From the NCBI GenBank assembly GCA_903879985.1, contig CAIRNR010000007.1, forward strand, positions 649,925-713,924: 64,000 nucleotides of DNA, read 5' to 3'. Source of the DNA: an uncultured candidate division WWE3 bacterium (lineage in GTDB: Bacteria > Patescibacteriota > WWE3 > UBA101185 > UBA10185). This document shows positions 59,082 through 64,000 of the stretch, piece after piece. Each line of letters starts with the position of its first letter. The first letter of the stretch is position 1. The notes under the pieces were generated by a model, which saw only the letters and a program-made list of their open reading frames with translations, searched no databases and was not told the origin of the DNA. The position numbers and the translations under genes are program-made.

Positions 59082-60284
59082 ATGGCCGTATTTATCTACA
59101 CAGCAAAAAACATAGCAGGCAAAACTATTACAGGTACTGTTGATGCTCGTGCACAAGATGTTGCTTTAGGATTATTAAAGGACCAAGGTCTTTATGTTGT
59201 AGCAATATCAGAACAATACGATAGTTTATTGCAAAGAATTTTAAACTTCGGTGGTGTTCCCTTTGGTGACGTTGTTTCCTTTACACGACAGTTTTCAACA
59301 ATGATTTCTGCCGGACTACCTATTTCACGCTCATTAGATGTGTTGGCTGCACAAATGACCAACCAAAATTTTAAAAAGATTATTTACGAAATGCTGCGTT
59401 CCGTTGAAGGTGGTGCTACCTTATCTTCTGCAATAGCGAAATATCCAAACGTATTTCCGGTAACATATCAGGCTTTGGTTAAAGCAGGAGAATCTTCAGG
59501 TAAGTTGGAAGTAATATTACGAAGACTTGCCGATACAATGGAATCTTCAAGAAGTTTAAGGTCAAAGTTTAGTGCCGCAATGATTTATCCGGCAATTGTT
59601 TTAATTGCTATGGTAGTGGTATTTATTATCATGATGGTAGCTGTTATTCCGAAGCTTGCTGATATGTATGTGGGTATGGGTGTTGAGCTACCTTTTATTA
59701 CACAAGTGATGATAAACATGTCTCACTTTATGTCTACTTACATAGTATTTATCTTAGGTGCTATGGCTGCTGCTTTTTTGGGGATTCGTTACTTTTTGAC
59801 AACAGAAGAAGGAAAATATATTTTTTCTGAAGTTATGGTTAGAGTTCCTGTTTTTGGAAAGATCAACAAACAAAGTGACTACGCCCAATTTTGTAAAACT
59901 TTAGCCTTATTAATGGATTCAGCAGTACCTATTGTTGAATCTTTGACCATTGTCTCCACAATTTTGTCCAACCCTACCATGCGTAAGTCAGTTCTAGATG
60001 CAGCTAAGCAGGTAGAAAAAGGTGTTTCGCTATCAAATTATTTCAAATCCACCGATATGTTTCCGCCACTTATTTCTCAAATGTCCAGTGTTGGTGAAGA
60101 AACAGGAAAGATGAGTGAGGTACTCGATCGTGTTGCTACTTTTTACGAAGGCGAAGTTGATAACTTGGTTCGTGGCTTGTCGGCGGCACTTGAACCTATA
60201 ATTTTAATAGTTCTTGGTAGCATGGTCGGTGTTTTGATTGTTTCGATAATCACACCTATATATAAAATCACCAGCTCTTTATAA
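59082..60284 (+). CDS. pilC: Type IV pilus platform protein (GspF family)
   Basis: FTRQFS.MI.AG, GE.SG.L, YP, GEETG, LEP. Confidence 0.92.
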   Translation: MAVFIYTAKNIAGKTITGTVDARAQDVALGLLKDQGLYVVAISEQYDSLLQRILNFGGVPFGDVVSFTRQFSTMISAGLPISRSLDVLAAQMTNQNFKKIIYEMLRSVEGGATLSSAIAKYPNVFPVTYQALVKAGESSGKLEVILRRLADTMESSRSLRSKFSAAMIYPAIVLIAMVVVFIIMMVAVIPKLADMYVGMGVELPFITQVMINMSHFMSTYIVFILGAMAAAFLGIRYFLTTEEGKYIFSEVMVRVPVFGKINKQSDYAQFCKTLALLMDSAVPIVESLTIVSTILSNPTMRKSVLDAAKQVEKGVSLSNYFKSTDMFPPLISQMSSVGEETGKMSEVLDRVATFYEGEVDNLVRGLSAALEPIILIVLGSMVGVLIVSIITPIYKITSSL

Positions 60285-60315
60285 GTTTTATATCCAATGT
60301 TAATATTGTTTCAAC

Positions 60316-60813
60316 ATGCATAGACGTACCGGTTTTACACTTATAGAAGTTTTGTTCGTGATATCCGTTGTGTGTGTTATTTTTGGAACACTCCTTGTAG
60401 CAGCTAATCCAAAAGCATTAATGCAAAAATCTCGTGATGCCAAACGTATGCAAGATATGGACGCTATGCTAAAGGCTATTAATTTAGCTTTGGCCGATGG
60501 CGAAATTACGCTGGTTCCAACAGCTACCTGCACAAATTGCTCAAGCTCAACTGGATCTCAGGCTGTTGATGGTTCTGGATATATAAAGTTTAAAATTGTA
60601 GATGGGAAAAAAGGTTTGACCAAATACAGTATCGATTCGCTTCCGTTGGATCCTATAAACAACGGTAAGTATGTTTATACTTTTGGTTCTACTGCAACAG
60701 GTTTTGAGTTGAATGCCGTCCTAGAAAATCCCGATAACGTCTCGAAAATGGGAACAGATGGCGGAAACGATTCAAATATGTACGAAGTAGGAACAAACCT
60801 TCAGATTTTATAA
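60316..60813 (+). CDS. Type IV pilin
   Basis: GFTLIE prepilin motif; SRDAKR..D; LP.DP. Confidence 0.88.
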   Translation: MHRRTGFTLIEVLFVISVVCVIFGTLLVAANPKALMQKSRDAKRMQDMDAMLKAINLALADGEITLVPTATCTNCSSSTGSQAVDGSGYIKFKIVDGKKGLTKYSIDSLPLDPINNGKYVYTFGSTATGFELNAVLENPDNVSKMGTDGGNDSNMYEVGTNLQIL

Positions 60814-61706
60814 TGTTACCAACTGAAGTAATTTTTGTTTATTATGTTTTGGTTTTTGTTTTAGGAACGTTTATTGGTTCCTTTCTTAATCTTATCTCCG
60901 ATCGTGTTTTGACCGGTGAAACTTTTGTGCGTGGTAGATCCCATTGCGATCATTGCAAAAAAACTCTTGAACCAAAAAATTTAGTTCCAGTTCTTTCATT
61001 TTTGATACAGGGCGGCAAATGCGATAAATGCAAAACAAAACTTTCGTGGTACTACCCAGCTTCCGAAATGCTAACAGGTGTTTTATTTATATACGCTGCT
61101 TTTCTTTCAACTATATTTTTGTCCCCTACTCCAAAGAATTTAGTTAGTTTTCTATTTTTAATCGGTGTGTTTTGCTTTTTTACTATAATGCTTTTAACCG
61201 ACGCCAAGGAATTTATTATTCCTGACAAAGTTGTCTTTGCTGCCATAGCGTTTGTAATGGTCTTTTTGATTTTGACTTATTCTTTTGACATCGTAAGTTT
61301 GTATCTAAAGTTTTCTCACGATTCATTTGGTGCCTACTTAATTAAGTCTGGTTACTGGACTAGCCAGGTATTTGCAGTGCTTAAAGCCTTTGGACTAATA
61401 ATTATGAGTTCTTTTGCTATTGCAGGTTTCTTTTTATTCTTGGTGTTGATAACGCGCGGACGTGGCATGGGTGCGGGCGATATTAAGCTTGGATTTTTAT
61501 TGGGACTTGTAAATGGCTTTCCTTTAAACATTATTGCAATATTTCTGGGATTTGTATTAGGTGCAGTGTATAGCTTGTTTCTAATTGTTTTTCGAAAGAC
61601 AACTATAAAAGACACTATAGCTTTTGGTCCATTTTTGATTTTGGGAAGTTTAATTTGCTTGCTTTACGGCAGTATTATTTTGAACTGGTATATCCACTTA
61701 CTGTAA
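60813..61706 (+). CDS. pilD: Prepilin peptidase
   Basis: GSFLN, RS.C..C, G.C..C, GMGAGD.KL, AFGPFL. Confidence 0.93.
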   Translation: MLPTEVIFVYYVLVFVLGTFIGSFLNLISDRVLTGETFVRGRSHCDHCKKTLEPKNLVPVLSFLIQGGKCDKCKTKLSWYYPASEMLTGVLFIYAAFLSTIFLSPTPKNLVSFLFLIGVFCFFTIMLLTDAKEFIIPDKVVFAAIAFVMVFLILTYSFDIVSLYLKFSHDSFGAYLIKSGYWTSQVFAVLKAFGLIIMSSFAIAGFFLFLVLITRGRGMGAGDIKLGFLLGLVNGFPLNIIAIFLGFVLGAVYSLFLIVFRKTTIKDTIAFGPFLILGSLICLLYGSIILNWYIHLL

Positions 61707-63099
61707 TTTTGTTTTTCGCAATTGTAAACCAGAAAGTACTTCCCTTGCCGGATCCTTCGGAGATTGCGCCTACTTTTCCGCCCATACCTTCCACGTATAA
61801 TTTAACAATATAAAGTCCCAGTCCCGTTCCACCAACTTCAGTGGCGATTGTGTATGAATTATCGATTCGCCCAAACTTATGAAACAGTTTTTGTAAGTCG
61901 TTTGGCTCAATTCCTAATCCCGAGTCTTTGATCCATATTTTAACTGCATCTTCGCTTTCATCAATCCCCACAATAAAGCCGCCATCTTTTGTAAACTTAA
62001 ATGCGTTTTCCATTAAATTGGTTAAAACTTCTCTTAGTTTTTGCTCGTCGCAATCAACATAAATAGGTTCGTAGTCTTTGTACATGCCGGTAGCTATTCC
62101 TTTTTCCTTGGCGCGTATCTCAAACCCTGATAAAACATCTTTTATTATGGATACAATTTCAAGTTGGACTATGTTGTACGTAACTTTCTTTTGCTCAAAT
62201 CTGGAAATATTTAACATGTCGTTGATTAAGTTGATCATTCTTTGGGTACCGTCGGAAGCTTTATGTAAATATTCAAGTTGCTTTGTGTTCATTTTTCCTG
62301 CTTCTTGTTGATCTAACATCCAAAGGTAACTCTTAACTATGGTCATAGGTGTCCTAAGTTCATGTGACGCCACTGACAAAAATTCGTCTTTTAAGGTATT
62401 TAAAACCTGTAAGTTTGCAAAGGCTTTGTGAAGTTCTTCTTTTTCTGTTTTTAATTTAGAAAACTGACGTGCGTTTTCAATAGCTATTCCAACATTCTTT
62501 GAAAATTTCTTTAATAAACTTCTTTCAAAGTTGGTTACTTGATCCATGGTTTTTGGTAAACCCACAATTAATATACCGATAACGTCACCACGTGCAAATA
62601 TTGGTGTGACAATAATAGCTGTGGCGCTAACAGTATCCTGAATTGTGCCCGCTTGCTCTTTTGTTATTACAGGTTTAAAAACTTCCCACAAATATGGTGA
62701 TACAAACTGTTTTGCTTCTTTAAAAGCTTTAACAGCCAAGTTATCTTCGTAGCCGTAAGGAATATTTATCGCGTTATATAGCGGTGCCAGAACTTTTGAA
62801 AGGTTTACATCTTCAGCGTATTTAGAAACTGAGGCTTTAACTAATCTTTGGTTTTCTGGTTCGCTGGTTAGTATTAAACCCAATTGATATCCCATTGCTG
62901 CCGGAATAAGATCTACAATTCTTTGAGTAAGATCTGAAAATTCTGTAGTGTCCAAAACAAGCTGAATAAGTTTATTTGTCGCGTCTAAAGCGCGATTCCG
63001 GTCTATTATTTCCAGAACCTCACTCTCTTCTAGTTGGACGGGCAGGTTATTTGTTAAGTCCATACAATTATTATGCGGGTTGGGTTTGGTGTTGTCCAC
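61675..63099 (-). CDS. GAF-domain sensor histidine kinase
   Basis: SHELRTP, NL..NA.KFT, D.G.GI, GTGLGL. Confidence 0.93.
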   Translation of the reverse strand: MDNTKPNPHNNCMDLTNNLPVQLEESEVLEIIDRNRALDATNKLIQLVLDTTEFSDLTQRIVDLIPAAMGYQLGLILTSEPENQRLVKASVSKYAEDVNLSKVLAPLYNAINIPYGYEDNLAVKAFKEAKQFVSPYLWEVFKPVITKEQAGTIQDTVSATAIIVTPIFARGDVIGILIVGLPKTMDQVTNFERSLLKKFSKNVGIAIENARQFSKLKTEKEELHKAFANLQVLNTLKDEFLSVASHELRTPMTIVKSYLWMLDQQEAGKMNTKQLEYLHKASDGTQRMINLINDMLNISRFEQKKVTYNIVQLEIVSIIKDVLSGFEIRAKEKGIATGMYKDYEPIYVDCDEQKLREVLTNLMENAFKFTKDGGFIVGIDESEDAVKIWIKDSGLGIEPNDLQKLFHKFGRIDNSYTIATEVGGTGLGLYIVKLYVEGMGGKVGAISEGSGKGSTFWFTIAKNKITVSGYTSSK

Positions 63100-63124
63100 A
63101 CGCGTAATATGTTATAAATAACAT

Positions 63125-63514
63125 ATGCCCAGTAATCGTAAAAAAGTATTAATTATCGAAGACGAAACCGATATTAGATTTTTATATTCCACGGTCTTAA
63201 AATCTGCAGGTTATATTGTTGATGAAGCACCTAACGGTGAAATAGGCCTGGAAAAAATAAAGAGTACAGACTGGAATATTTTGCTTTTGGATATAATGCT
63301 TCCCGGAAAAGATGGTTTAAAAATTTTGCAGGATATTAAAGAGTCTCCTGAATATAAAAAAGGTCCCATTGTTTGTTTAACAAACTTAAACAGTGACACA
63401 ATTATTCAAGAATCATTTAAAGCCGGTTCAGATGATTACCTGATTAAGTCAGAAATAACGCCCGACAGAATTGTTGCGGAGGTCGAAAAGCTTATTGGAC
63501 ATTCTCAAAAGTAG
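63125..63514 (+). CDS. Single-domain response regulator
   Basis: IIEDE, LLDIMLP..DG, LTN, YLIK. Confidence 0.93.
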   Translation: MPSNRKKVLIIEDETDIRFLYSTVLKSAGYIVDEAPNGEIGLEKIKSTDWNILLLDIMLPGKDGLKILQDIKESPEYKKGPIVCLTNLNSDTIIQESFKAGSDDYLIKSEITPDRIVAEVEKLIGHSQK

Positions 63515-63580
63515 GCTGTCTAAGGCTTGGAGCTAGCGGCACTTGTAATAAAAAAGTAAATTGGTGATAATTAGTTAAAT

Positions 63581-64000
63581 ATGTCTGCCAGAAAACGAAA
63601 TTTCTTTTTATTTATTATTGTCTTTGTTGGTGTTGTTTATTCTTCATATATTGTTATTTCTAATCTAAATACATCGGCAATTTTTGAAGATTTAAGGAAT
63701 TTAGTTATGCAAGTAGTTCCAGGCAAAAACAAACCTGCTGAAACTGCGCAGGAAAGTTCTTCGACTGTCACACCTACTCCTCTGCCGAATACTGCGGTAA
63801 TAACCCACAACGATGACGCATTTTATGATTCTGAGGTAGCCTTGTTTACTACTCCTGAAACAACACAATCTTTAAAGGTTATTCTCAAACATTTTATTAA
63901 GTTCAGGGATGAAGTTTTCCCACAGTGGAATACGTTGTATTGGGACAGAAATAACGATTATGTTTTTGGACATATAACGAAAATGGACGTTGTAAATAAG
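63581..64000 (+). CDS. Membrane-anchored protein, 3' truncated by window edge
   Basis: MSARKRNFFLFIIVFVGVVY... open to the window end; promoter TTGTAA-17-GATAAT upstream. Confidence 0.7.
   Translation, partial: MSARKRNFFLFIIVFVGVVYSSYIVISNLNTSAIFEDLRNLVMQVVPGKNKPAETAQESSSTVTPTPLPNTAVITHNDDAFYDSEVALFTTPETTQSLKVILKHFIKFRDEVFPQWNTLYWDRNNDYVFGHITKMDVVNK

Noticed and set aside
1295..63399. Short antisense or overlapping ORFs in the track (e.g. 1807..2199, 8686..9096, 22078..22548, 45564..46022)
   Set aside because: Shadows of well-supported genes with no independent signals
1..64000. Alternative genetic code (UGA=Gly)
   Set aside because: TGA ends intact genes such as pilB and yebC, and conserved proteins are full length under code 11

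Overview
Low-GC bacterial chromosome segment using genetic code 11. Gene content (housekeeping genes, type IV pili, a TraD/DUF87-like ATPase, WxL/DUF916-like surface locus, H+-PPase, TrmB regulator, no biosynthetic genes) looks like Patescibacteria/CPR; the taxonomy is inference. Core genes: cysS (partial), ychF, rpsF-ssb-rpsR, ctpA, htrA, prfA, rpmE, hisS, dnaB, tRNA-Leu(CAA), efp, lspA, rluA, yebC, ruvC, a Xer recombinase, rnhB, gyrA, hppA, gyrB, holB-like, pilB/T/C/pilin/pilD and a two-component pair. Five items stand out. (1) A complete His T-box riboswitch (specifier CAC, UGGG T-box, antiterminator/terminator, plus an extra internal terminator) directly precedes an orphan gene with CDPS/class I aaRS-like topology, upstream of hisS. 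(2) A TrmB-divergent array of orphan genes is punctuated by near-identical structured intergenic repeats that are far better conserved than the paralogous genes they precede. (3) A near-palindromic 28-bp dif-like site lies 750 bp upstream of the xer gene, where gene orientation converges (candidate terminus). (4) Core genes appear leaderless or near-leaderless, while accessory orphans carry strong Shine-Dalgarno sites. (5) An 11-kb WxL/DUF916/cohesin-dockerin surface operon. All calls were made by eye with no database searches.
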